A DNA stretch of 64,000 nucleotides from an uncultured Rickettsiales bacterium (GTDB lineage Bacteria > Pseudomonadota > Alphaproteobacteria > Rickettsiales > UBA1997), in assembly GCA_905478245.1 (NCBI GenBank), contig CAJQHT010000030.1, positions 4,351 through 68,350 of the forward strand, written 5' to 3'. How positions within the stretch are numbered: the first letter of the stretch is position 1; the number at the start of each line of letters is the position of its first letter. Both the position numbers and the translations under genes were made by a program. Positions 56,420-64,000 of the stretch are shown piece by piece. The notes beneath the pieces are model-generated. The model saw only the letters and a program-made list of their open reading frames with translations. It made no database searches and was not told where the DNA came from.

Positions 56420-57765
56420 TGCAAGAAATTACAAATTCCAAAAAAATCTATATAAAAACTTATGGCTGCCAAATGAATGTTTACGATTCTGATCGTATGT
56501 CAGATCTCATGACAGGCATTGGTTACACCCATATAGATACTCCAGAAAATGCTAATATGGTTCTGATAAATACCTGTCATATTCGTGAAAAAGCAGCAGA
56601 AAAATTATATTGCGATCTTGGCAGAATTAAAAAACACAAAGAGAACATGCAAAAACAAGGCAAGGAAATGATAGTTGCTGTTGCCGGTTGCGTTGGCCAG
56701 GCGGAAGGTAGGGAAATTTTTAAAAGAGCGCCAATAGTTGATATTATTGTTGGCCCTGAAAGCTATCAAACTCTTCCAGATCTTGTTGGAAAAGTATTAA
56801 GAGACAAATCAAAAGAAATTGATCTTGAATTTAAGCCTGTTAATAAATTTGACATTTTAAAAGAATCAAAAGAAAAAAGTGCTGTTAGTAGCTTTTTGTC
56901 AATTCAGGAAGGCTGCGATAAATTCTGTACTTTTTGTGTGGTTCCCTATACTAGAGGCAGTGAATTTTCACGCCCGGTTCAGCAGATAATAACAGAAGCT
57001 CAAAATTTAAGTAAAAATGGCGCTAAGGAAATTTACCTATTAGGACAAAATGTTAACGCCTATCACGGCAAAGATGAAAATGATAATGAAATAAATCTAG
57101 CAAAATTAATAAAAGAAATTGCTAAAATTGACAATATTAAAAGAATTCGTTATACCACATCCCACCCAAGAGACATGGATGATGAGCTAATAAAGGCACA
57201 TGGCGAGATTGAAAAATTAATGCCTTTTTTACATCTACCAATTCAATCAGGATCAAACAATATCCTAAAAGCCATGAATAGGAAGCATACTCATCAAGAT
57301 TATGTAAAAATTATTGAAAAATTACGCAAAACGACCCCAGATATCGGCCTATCATCCGATTTTATTGTTGGCTTTCCTGGTGAAACAGATCAAGATTTCG
57401 AAGATACTTTAGAATTAGTTAGAAAAATAAAATTTACATCCTGCTACTCATTTAAATATTCACCAAGACCAGGAACTCCAGCCCCAAACCTTGAGCAAGT
57501 AGATGAAACAATAAAAGCTAAAAGACTTCAAATCTTGCAAGATCTCTTAGCTCAGCAACAATTTGAATTTAATCAACAATTTGAAGGTCAAACAATGGAG
57601 ATTTTATTTGATCGCAAAGCTAAAAGCAAAGATCAAATTATTGGCAAAAGCCCTTGGCTACAATCAGTTGTAATTGAAGATAGAGATGGAAAATACCTCA
57701 ATCAATTCGTACAGGTAAAAATAACCAAATCACGGCCAAGTAGTTTGATTGCGGAAATTTTATAA
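56419..57765 (+). CDS. miaB: tRNA-2-methylthio-N6-dimethylallyladenosine synthase
   Basis: Begins with the UPF0004 domain (YIKTYGCQMNVYDS). The radical SAM motif is CDKFCTFCVVP, and a C-terminal TRAM domain follows. Confidence 0.95.
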   Translation: MQEITNSKKIYIKTYGCQMNVYDSDRMSDLMTGIGYTHIDTPENANMVLINTCHIREKAAEKLYCDLGRIKKHKENMQKQGKEMIVAVAGCVGQAEGREIFKRAPIVDIIVGPESYQTLPDLVGKVLRDKSKEIDLEFKPVNKFDILKESKEKSAVSSFLSIQEGCDKFCTFCVVPYTRGSEFSRPVQQIITEAQNLSKNGAKEIYLLGQNVNAYHGKDENDNEINLAKLIKEIAKIDNIKRIRYTTSHPRDMDDELIKAHGEIEKLMPFLHLPIQSGSNNILKAMNRKHTHQDYVKIIEKLRKTTPDIGLSSDFIVGFPGETDQDFEDTLELVRKIKFTSCYSFKYSPRPGTPAPNLEQVDETIKAKRLQILQDLLAQQQFEFNQQFEGQTMEILFDRKAKSKDQIIGKSPWLQSVVIEDRDGKYLNQFVQVKITKSRPSSLIAEIL

Positions 57766-57766
57766 A

Positions 57767-58489
57767 TTAAAGATTGGAAGATAGTTCCTTGCTTTTTTGA
57801 TTAATTTTACTACTCAATTCTGTAATAAAATCTTTTTTATCGGTTTTTGGATCAATTTGTGGCAAAAATTCTAATATTATTTTACCTTTTCTTTTAAAGA
57901 ATTTATTCTTATTCCAAAAATATCCAGAATTTAGGGCAGCTGGTATAATTTTGCATTTCAATTTAGAATAAATAGCGGTGATTCCTGCTTGATATGGATA
58001 ATCTTCATCATTAGCACCAATTGGAACGCGGGTTCCTTGTGGAAAAATAATAATTTGACGATCCTTCTTTAAATAATTATCACTATCTTGAATTAAAGAC
58101 TTCAAAGCCTTCATTCCACCCTCTCTATCTACAGCAATACCGCTCATTTTCCTTAGATACCAACCATAAAAAGGTATTTTTAGTAATTCTTTTTTATAGG
58201 CATAAACTGGTCTATTAAAAATCAAATGCATTATCATAGTTTCCCAGGCAGATTGATGCTGACAAGCTATAATAAAACCGCCCTCTTTTGGTAAATTTTC
58301 TTGACCGCGCACTTCGTAATCAATTCCACACAAATATTTTAACATCCAAACTATTAATTTAGACCAGATAAGCGCACCCTTATCAGCATGCTTAGAATCA
58401 ACACCAATAAAAACCACAGAATAAATTACAGGAATGATGATACCCCAGATAGCAAGAAATATTTCAAAAAGAATGGAGCGTAGGAACAC
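57767..58489 (-). CDS. plsC: 1-acyl-sn-glycerol-3-phosphate acyltransferase
   Basis: N-terminal TM helix, the acyltransferase HX4D-type block (CQHQSAWETM), and FPQGTR. Confidence 0.85.
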   Translation of the reverse strand: MFLRSILFEIFLAIWGIIIPVIYSVVFIGVDSKHADKGALIWSKLIVWMLKYLCGIDYEVRGQENLPKEGGFIIACQHQSAWETMIMHLIFNRPVYAYKKELLKIPFYGWYLRKMSGIAVDREGGMKALKSLIQDSDNYLKKDRQIIIFPQGTRVPIGANDEDYPYQAGITAIYSKLKCKIIPAALNSGYFWNKNKFFKRKGKIILEFLPQIDPKTDKKDFITELSSKINQKSKELSSNL

Positions 58490-58512
58490 TACTAAAAGAT
58501 AATTGATTAAAA

Positions 58513-58588
58513 TGGTGCCGAATGTCGGATTCGAACTGACGACCTACTGTTTACAAGACAGTTGCTCTACCAACTGAGCTAATTCGGC
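58513..58588 (-). tRNA. tRNA-Thr (anticodon UGU), CCA encoded
   Basis: The minus strand reads GCCGAAT-TA-GCTC-AGTTGGTA-GAGC-A-ACTGT-CTTGTAA-ACAGT-AGGTC-GTCAG-TTCGAAT-CCGAC-ATTCGGC-ACCA. This folds as a full 76-nt cloverleaf with one A-C mismatch in the T stem. Confidence 0.9.
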
Positions 58589-58826
58589 ATTATTAATAAA
58601 GAACCAGATAATATTTATCAATAAACATATCAGATTCCTCAAATTCAATATAGAAAATATTATTTATCATTTCTTTAAAAATCAAGAGAAATTTTATTAA
58701 TTATTTTATTTACCTTATTGCAATTTATATTATTTGTTGTAATCTATGAATCCATAATCAAACTCCATCTTTAAAATCATTAATACATTTAAAGAGATAA
58801 CATATTTAACTTATATTAAGAATTGA

Positions 58827-59369
58827 ATGTCTGCTGATTCTACAATAGTCAATAAATACGCAAAAGCAGCTTTTGCCATAGCTAAGAAAAACAAATTAGA
58901 AGATATTTTTGTATCTGACATTGATAAAATATGTCAAACAATAACTCCTCTTATCAAGGAATTATCAAATCCAGCTATTTCAAAGAAAAAACTACAAGAA
59001 GTCATAACCGAATCAGCAAATAAATTAAACATTAACGCTAAAGTTATTGATTTCCTGGTAAATGTTACTAATTCTAGAAGAATTAATATTTTAGATAAAA
59101 TACTAGCAGAAATAGAAGCTCTGGTAAAGGCAGATAAAAATATTATTCAAGTTGAGGTTACCTCATCTCGCAAATTAACACAAAACAACATTGCGGAAAT
59201 AAAGAATCTGTTAGAAAAAAAATATAACAATAGTAAGGTGGAAATAAGCGAAGAAGTAAAAAAAGAAATAATTGGTGGAATTATCATTAAAATTGGATCT
59301 TTAATAATTGATTCAAGTATAAAAAACCAACTATCAAGTATTTATGCTGAATGCAAATCAGCTATATAA
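58827..59369 (+). CDS. atpH: F0F1 ATP synthase subunit delta (OSCP)
   Basis: 180 aa with the N-terminal VNKYAKAAFAIA and C-terminal IGGIIIKIGSLIIDSSIKNQL pattern. It lies directly upstream of atpA. Confidence 0.88.
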   Translation: MSADSTIVNKYAKAAFAIAKKNKLEDIFVSDIDKICQTITPLIKELSNPAISKKKLQEVITESANKLNINAKVIDFLVNVTNSRRINILDKILAEIEALVKADKNIIQVEVTSSRKLTQNNIAEIKNLLEKKYNNSKVEISEEVKKEIIGGIIIKIGSLIIDSSIKNQLSSIYAECKSAI

Positions 59370-59396
59370 TTATTAATAATTTAAATTTTAAACATA

Positions 59397-60926
59397 ATGC
59401 AGTTAAATGTAGGTGAATTTTCTGATATTTTACAAAAAAGAATCGAAGGATTCCAAACTTCCGCAGAATTAAAAGAAGTCGGTCAAGTTGTTTCAGTCGG
59501 TGACGGTATTGCTAAAATATATGGCCTTGACAATGTTCAGGCTAGTGAATTAGTAGAATTTGAATCAGGCGTAAAAGGAATGGCTCTTAACCTAGAATCA
59601 GATAATGTTGGTGTAGTTATCTTCGGTGATAGTGAAAAAATCCGAGAAGGATCTTCTGTAAAAAGAACTGGTAAAATTGTTGAGGTTCCAGTTGGAAAAG
59701 GACTTCTTGGTAGAGTTGTCGATGCTCTTGGTAATCCAATTGACGGCAAGGGAGCTCTAAAGGATGTCGAATATCAAAGAGTTGAAATTAAGGCACCTGG
59801 AATTATTTCCAGACAATCAGTTTCAGAACCTATGCAAACAGGTATCAAGGCTATTGACAGTCTTATTCCAATTGGCAGGGGTCAAAGAGAATTAATAATT
59901 GGAGATAGACAAACTGGTAAAACAGCTATCGCAATTGACGCTATGATCAATCAAAGACCAGCTCATGAAACAGGAAATGATAAAGAAAAATTATTTTGCG
60001 TCTATGTTGCTATTGGTCAAAAAAGATCAACAGTTGCTAATATTGTCAAAACATTAGAAGAGGCAGGGGCCATGAAATATTCAGTTGTAGTTAGTGCCAC
60101 AGCTAGTGAATCTGCATCTCTACAATTTTTTGCTCCTTATACAGGGTGTTCAATTGGTGAATATTTCAGAGATAATGGTATGCATGCCTTAATTACCTAT
60201 GACGATCTCAGTAAACATGCTGTTGCCTATAGAGAGATGTCTTTACTACTTAGAAGACCTCCAGGGCGTGAAGCTTACCCAGGCGATGTATTCTATATCC
60301 ATTCCAGATTGCTTGAAAGGGCAGCAAAAATGTCTGATGCAATGGGCGGTGGCTCTTTAACAGCGCTCCCAATCATTGAAACACAAGCCGGAGATGTATC
60401 TGCATATATTCCAACTAATGTAATTTCAATCACTGACGGGCAAATCTTCCTTGAGACAGAATTATTCTATAAAGGTATCAAGCCTGCTGTTAATGTTGGC
60501 TTATCAGTTTCCAGGGTTGGTTCTGCAGCTCAAACAAAAGCAATGAAACAAGTTGCCGGAACAATTAAGCTTGATCTAGCACAATTCAGGGAACTGGAAG
60601 CCTTTTCTCAATTTGGCTCTGATCTTGATCAAACAACTCAAAAATTACTAGATAAAGGTAAAAAATTAACAGAACTATTAAAGCAGAATCAATATTCTCC
60701 TTTAAAAACTGAGGAACAAGTTGTTTCTATCTATGTTGGCGTAAAAGGCCATCTTGATTCAATTGATACTAAAGATGTATCTAGGTTTGAAACAGAATTT
60801 TTAAGAAAAATAAGATCAAAACATCAAGATATTCTAGACTCAATTAAAAAAGAGGGTAAGATAATTGAAAAAACTGAAGAAAATCTAAAAAATGCAATTA
60901 AAGAATTTATAGATTTTTTCAAATAG
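59397..60926 (+). CDS. atpA: F0F1 ATP synthase subunit alpha
   Basis: Walker A GDRQTGKT, plus ITDGQIFLE and [17 protein letters not shown]. Confidence 0.98.
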   Translation: MQLNVGEFSDILQKRIEGFQTSAELKEVGQVVSVGDGIAKIYGLDNVQASELVEFESGVKGMALNLESDNVGVVIFGDSEKIREGSSVKRTGKIVEVPVGKGLLGRVVDALGNPIDGKGALKDVEYQRVEIKAPGIISRQSVSEPMQTGIKAIDSLIPIGRGQRELIIGDRQTGKTAIAIDAMINQRPAHETGNDKEKLFCVYVAIGQKRSTVANIVKTLEEAGAMKYSVVVSATASESASLQFFAPYTGCSIGEYFRDNGMHALITYDDLSKHAVAYREMSLLLRRPPGREAYPGDVFYIHSRLLERAAKMSDAMGGGSLTALPIIETQAGDVSAYIPTNVISITDGQIFLETELFYKGIKPAVNVGLSVSRVGSAAQTKAMKQVAGTIKLDLAQFRELEAFSQFGSDLDQTTQKLLDKGKKLTELLKQNQYSPLKTEEQVVSIYVGVKGHLDSIDTKDVSRFETEFLRKIRSKHQDILDSIKKEGKIIEKTEENLKNAIKEFIDFFK

Positions 60927-60933
60927 ATACAGC

Positions 60934-61833
60934 ATGTCAAATTTAAAAACTCTAAAAACTAGAATTAAGTCGGTAAAATCAACGCAAAAAATGACAAAGG
61001 CCATGAAAATGGTTGCCGCCAGTAAATTACGTAAAGCGAAAGTAGCGGTTGAAACATCTCGCCCTTATGCTGATAAAATTGCCGAACTTCTGTTTAATCT
61101 AGCTTCAAACATCTCGTCACAAACTCAAAATGACCGTAGGTTTGCAATGTTAAATGATTGCAATAAACACAAAACTAACAAAACTCACTTAATTGTCATA
61201 TTATCATCAGATCGTGGCTTATGCGGAGGCCTAAATACTTCAACAGTAAAATATGCCAAAAATTATATTAACTCACTTTTAAAAACTGGCAATAAAGTTA
61301 AAATATTCGCCGTTGGTAAAAAAGCCTACGATCAACTAAAGTCCTCTTTCCATGATTTGGTTATAGAGACTAAATTTGGTATTTTTAAAGACGATATAAA
61401 ATATGAAACAGCATTGGAAATAGCAAATCAACTTATAGAATTATTTGAGAAAGAAAATTTTGATATTTGCGATACAATTTATAGTAAATTCAAATCAGCC
61501 ATAGCTCAAGATGTTATAAAAAAACAATTAATACCAATTGATATCAAAAACACAAAAGGTAACGAGACTTTAATCACCTCCCCAGTAAATTACGAAGAAA
61601 ATAAAGAGAAACTGCTGCACGATCTATTGCCAAAAAACCTTGCTATGCAAATTTACAATGAATTGCTTGAAAATAGTGCCAGTGAACAAGGTGCCAGAAT
61701 GGCAGCCATGGAATCAGCTACAAATAATGCCGGTCAAATGATCAAAGATCTTACCTTAGTTTACAACAGAACAAGACAAGCAAATATCACTAGAGAATTA
61801 ATAGATATTGTCTCAGGAGCAAACGCTGTTTAA
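60934..61833 (+). CDS. atpG: F0F1 ATP synthase subunit gamma
   Basis: N-terminal LKTRIKSVKSTQKMTKAMKMVAASKLRKA and C-terminal NRTRQANITRELIDIVSGA. Confidence 0.95.
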   Translation: MSNLKTLKTRIKSVKSTQKMTKAMKMVAASKLRKAKVAVETSRPYADKIAELLFNLASNISSQTQNDRRFAMLNDCNKHKTNKTHLIVILSSDRGLCGGLNTSTVKYAKNYINSLLKTGNKVKIFAVGKKAYDQLKSSFHDLVIETKFGIFKDDIKYETALEIANQLIELFEKENFDICDTIYSKFKSAIAQDVIKKQLIPIDIKNTKGNETLITSPVNYEENKEKLLHDLLPKNLAMQIYNELLENSASEQGARMAAMESATNNAGQMIKDLTLVYNRTRQANITRELIDIVSGANAV

Positions 61834-61878
61834 ATTTTACAATTCCACATTTCATAGTAAATTCTTTTCTTCAGCGAA

Positions 61879-62781
61879 ATGAAGGACTTCTTCTCAGGAC
61901 AAAATTACTGGATAAATATTGATAAGCCCTACGGATATTCTTCTGCAAAAATTGTAGCAATAGTAAAAAGAATCACAAAGGCTAAAAAAGTAGGTCACGC
62001 TGGAACCCTAGACCCTCTAGCAACTGGTGTCTTACCAATTGCGGTAAATAAAGCCACCAAGACTTGTGACCTAATCATGAATCATAGTAAAAAATATTAT
62101 TTTGAAATTAGCTGGGGAGAATCAAGGGATAGCTACGATTTAGAGGGCAGGATTATAAAAACAAGTATAAATAGACCAACAAATCAAGAAATTATCAATA
62201 TATTACCTGATTTTCTTGGAAAAATAGAACAAATGCCACCAAAATTCTCAGCAATTAAAATAAATGGTCAAAAAGCTTATAATTTAGCACGAAAAAATCA
62301 AGACTTTGAATTAAAATCCAGAAAAATTCATATAACAGAAATTAGATTGATTTTTAATAATAAAAATCACGCTGCTTTTGAGGTAAAATGCTCAAAAGGT
62401 ACTTATGTTAGAGCATTATGTCGCGATATAGCACTAAAAACAGGAACATGTGGCTATATTTCTGTCCTAAAAAGACTCAAAACAGGAAATTTTGACATCA
62501 ATAACACAATTTCTCTTGATAAATTAAAAAACCTTGTTAACATCAATGCTATTAACGGTTCAATTTTTAAATTACGCGATGTTCTAGGTTTTATGCCTGA
62601 AATAACTCTAAATAACGAGTTTGCTTTCAAAGTAAAAAACGGTCAAACTATATTAATCAATAATTTGCCCAACATAAATCAAAATAATTTAATAAAAATC
62701 ATTAATAACGATGAATTAATTGGTCTTGGCAAAATAAATCAAGACAAACTAAAGCCAATTAATATTTTTAATAATTTATAA
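61879..62781 (+). CDS. truB: tRNA pseudouridine(55) synthase
   Basis: [16 protein letters not shown] carries the catalytic Asp motif. [16 protein letters not shown] and GTYVRAL are also present. Confidence 0.95.
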   Translation: MKDFFSGQNYWINIDKPYGYSSAKIVAIVKRITKAKKVGHAGTLDPLATGVLPIAVNKATKTCDLIMNHSKKYYFEISWGESRDSYDLEGRIIKTSINRPTNQEIINILPDFLGKIEQMPPKFSAIKINGQKAYNLARKNQDFELKSRKIHITEIRLIFNNKNHAAFEVKCSKGTYVRALCRDIALKTGTCGYISVLKRLKTGNFDINNTISLDKLKNLVNINAINGSIFKLRDVLGFMPEITLNNEFAFKVKNGQTILINNLPNINQNNLIKIINNDELIGLGKINQDKLKPINIFNNL

Positions 62782-62797
62782 AGTTTTTAGATATAAT

Positions 62798-63067
62798 ATG
62801 TCAATCACTGCTCAAAATAAAAAAGAATTAATAACAAAGCACGCACAAAGTGAAAAAGATAGCGGCTCTGTTGAGGTTCAATGTGCAATTCTAACTAAAA
62901 GAATTGAAAATTTAACCGGTCACTTTAAAAATCATAAAAAAGATTTCTCTTCTAGAAGAGGTCTCTTAGTACTAGTAAGTAGACGAAGAAGTCTTTTAGA
63001 TTACTTAAAATCTAAATCACAAGATCGCTATTCTAAATTAATCAAAGAGCTAAAATTAAGAAAATAA
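62798..63067 (+). CDS. rpsO: 30S ribosomal protein S15
   Basis: 89 aa with [51 protein letters not shown]. Confidence 0.97.
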   Translation: MSITAQNKKELITKHAQSEKDSGSVEVQCAILTKRIENLTGHFKNHKKDFSSRRGLLVLVSRRRSLLDYLKSKSQDRYSKLIKELKLRK

Positions 63068-63136
63068 TTCTCTTTGAATTCAATCCTCTTTAGATTCCTA
63101 TTTCAGGATCTAAAATAACTTTAAAAAAAATAAAAG

Positions 63137-64000
63137 ATGTCCATGTTTAACGAAATAAAAAAAGAAATCAATTGGAATGGTAAAACACTAACTTTAGAAA
63201 CTGGCAAAATTGCCAGACAAGCTAGTTCAGTTGTTGCCAAAATGGGAAATACAACAGTATTATGTGCTGTTACAGTAGCAAAAGAAGCCTCTAAAAATAT
63301 AGACTTCTTTCCTTTAACCATCAATTATCTTGAAAAATTCTATGCCGCAGGTAAAATACCAGGTGGATTTTTCAAAAGAGAAGCTAAGCCTTCTGATAGC
63401 GCAACCTTAACTGCAAGACTTATAGATAGACCATTAAGACCATTATTTAATAATTTCTATAATGAAGTTAATGTTGTTTGTACAGTTTTATCCTATGATC
63501 CTGATTGTAATCCGGACATAGTTGCCTTAATTGGTGCTTCTGCCGCATTGTCAATTTCTGAAGCTCCTTTTGAGGGACCAGCAGCTGGTGCAAGAGTTGG
63601 TTACATAAATAATGAATATGTTTTAAACCCAAGCCGAGAAGAATTACAAAATAGTAATCTTGAATTAATAATGGCAGGAAATAAAAGCTCTGTTCTAATG
63701 GTAGAATCAGAAGCAAAAGAACTTAGTGAAGAAATCATGCTTGGTGCCGTTAAATTTGGTCACGAACAATTTCAGCCAGTAATAAAAATGATTGAAGAAT
63801 TAACTAAGGAAGCTGGAAAAGGGAAAATCACCAATGAAATTCCAGATAATTCTGCATTAAAAGATCAAATTCAAGATTTTGCCGGAGATAAAATTACTAA
63901 AGCCTATAAAATTACTGACAAGCAATCAAGAAGTACTGAATTACAAAATGTTAGAGATTATATAAGTTCAGAATTCATCAATGAAGATGAAGATGTTAGT
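63137..64000 (+). CDS. pnp: Polyribonucleotide nucleotidyltransferase (PNPase), N-terminal 288 codons; continues beyond the window end
   Basis: Own translation gives MSMFNEIKKEINWNGKTLTLETGKIARQASSVVAKMGNTTVLCAVTVAKEA...DFFPLTINYLEKFYAAGKIPGGFFKREAKPSD. It is absent from the ORF track because there is no stop in the window. Conserved rpsO-pnp synteny supports the call. Confidence 0.93.
   Translation, partial: MSMFNEIKKEINWNGKTLTLETGKIARQASSVVAKMGNTTVLCAVTVAKEASKNIDFFPLTINYLEKFYAAGKIPGGFFKREAKPSDSATLTARLIDRPLRPLFNNFYNEVNVVCTVLSYDPDCNPDIVALIGASAALSISEAPFEGPAAGARVGYINNEYVLNPSREELQNSNLELIMAGNKSSVLMVESEAKELSEEIMLGAVKFGHEQFQPVIKMIEELTKEAGKGKITNEIPDNSALKDQIQDFAGDKITKAYKITDKQSRSTELQNVRDYISSEFINEDEDVS

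Noticed and set aside
63092-63111. Hairpin AGATTCCT-ATTTC-AGGATCT between rpsO and pnp, a possible attenuator or RNase III site as in E. coli
   Set aside because: It is only a 7-bp stem with a bulge and has no T-tract. This is too weak to call in AT-rich sequence.
784-63716. Other short track ORFs lying antisense to, or inside, confident genes. They start at 784, 3373, 7006, 7346, 8710, 10197, 10542, 10819, 11310, 11519, 13945, 15333, 20735, 21107, 27352, 27916, 29008, 32485, 32848, 35914, 40401, 42271, 46354, 48889, 51517, 59537, 63121 and 63468.
   Set aside because: Each overlaps a longer ORF that has clear family motifs on the other strand or in another frame. Their products are low-complexity, and none has a recognisable domain.

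Overview
This is a very AT-rich, gene-dense bacterial chromosomal window (GC judged by eye, not computed). I call about 70 protein genes and one tRNA, with no rRNA, CRISPR array, prophage, integrase or transposase. The gene content fits an alphaproteobacterium, probably a host-associated Rickettsiales/Holosporales-like lineage; that placement is inference. Supporting genes include VirB11, an NDUFAF5-like methyltransferase, DUF721/DciA, RpoH, class II DAHP synthase, type II isocitrate dehydrogenase, CcmG and UbiG.

Most genes are housekeeping:
- Aromatic amino-acid synthesis: aroC, DAHP synthase, pheA, tyrA.
- Cofactors: nadA, ribF, ribB-like, ribE, thiG, ubiG.
- Isoprenoids: ispG, ispE.
- Branched-chain amino acids: ilvB/ilvH.
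- Cell envelope: lpxD, murE, mlaA/mlaC, lspA, surA-like, ctp, plsC, a porin.
- Translation and tRNA modification: glyQ, trpS, truA, truB, mnmE, miaB, fmt, rsmD, era, rpsO, pnp.
- Secretion: yajC-secD.
- ATP synthase: atpH-atpA-atpG.

The main non-genic signal is a dense family of roughly 170-190 bp palindromic MITE-like elements. Their termini are TACCAATT...AATTGGTA, or TACCATTT...AAATGGTA in a second variant. Every intact copy has direct TTA flanks on both sides, which reads as a 3-bp target-site duplication. I see 5 full copies and at least 10 partial copies or solo ends, but no cognate transposase in the window. These elements show several notable arrangements:
- Two inverted full copies bracket a single orphan basic ORF (16641-17087).
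- Adjacent elements share one TTA.
- Element ends abut or supply the stop codons of lpxD, mnmE and a transglutaminase-like gene.
- One element encodes the last six codons of a BioC-like methyltransferase.

Other points worth a second look:
- A 4-unit array of a 17-bp palindromic motif fills the thiG-PMM intergenic region.
- An orphan two-ORF locus (31792-33370) may be joined by a frameshift.
- A lone virB11 sits between a porin gene and lpxD.
- A Trm112-like small gene is missing from the ORF track.
- Several canonical operons are broken (atpHAG without atpDC, glyQ without glyS, lpxD without fabZ/lpxA).

I did not find a recognisable multi-gene defence or toxin system.
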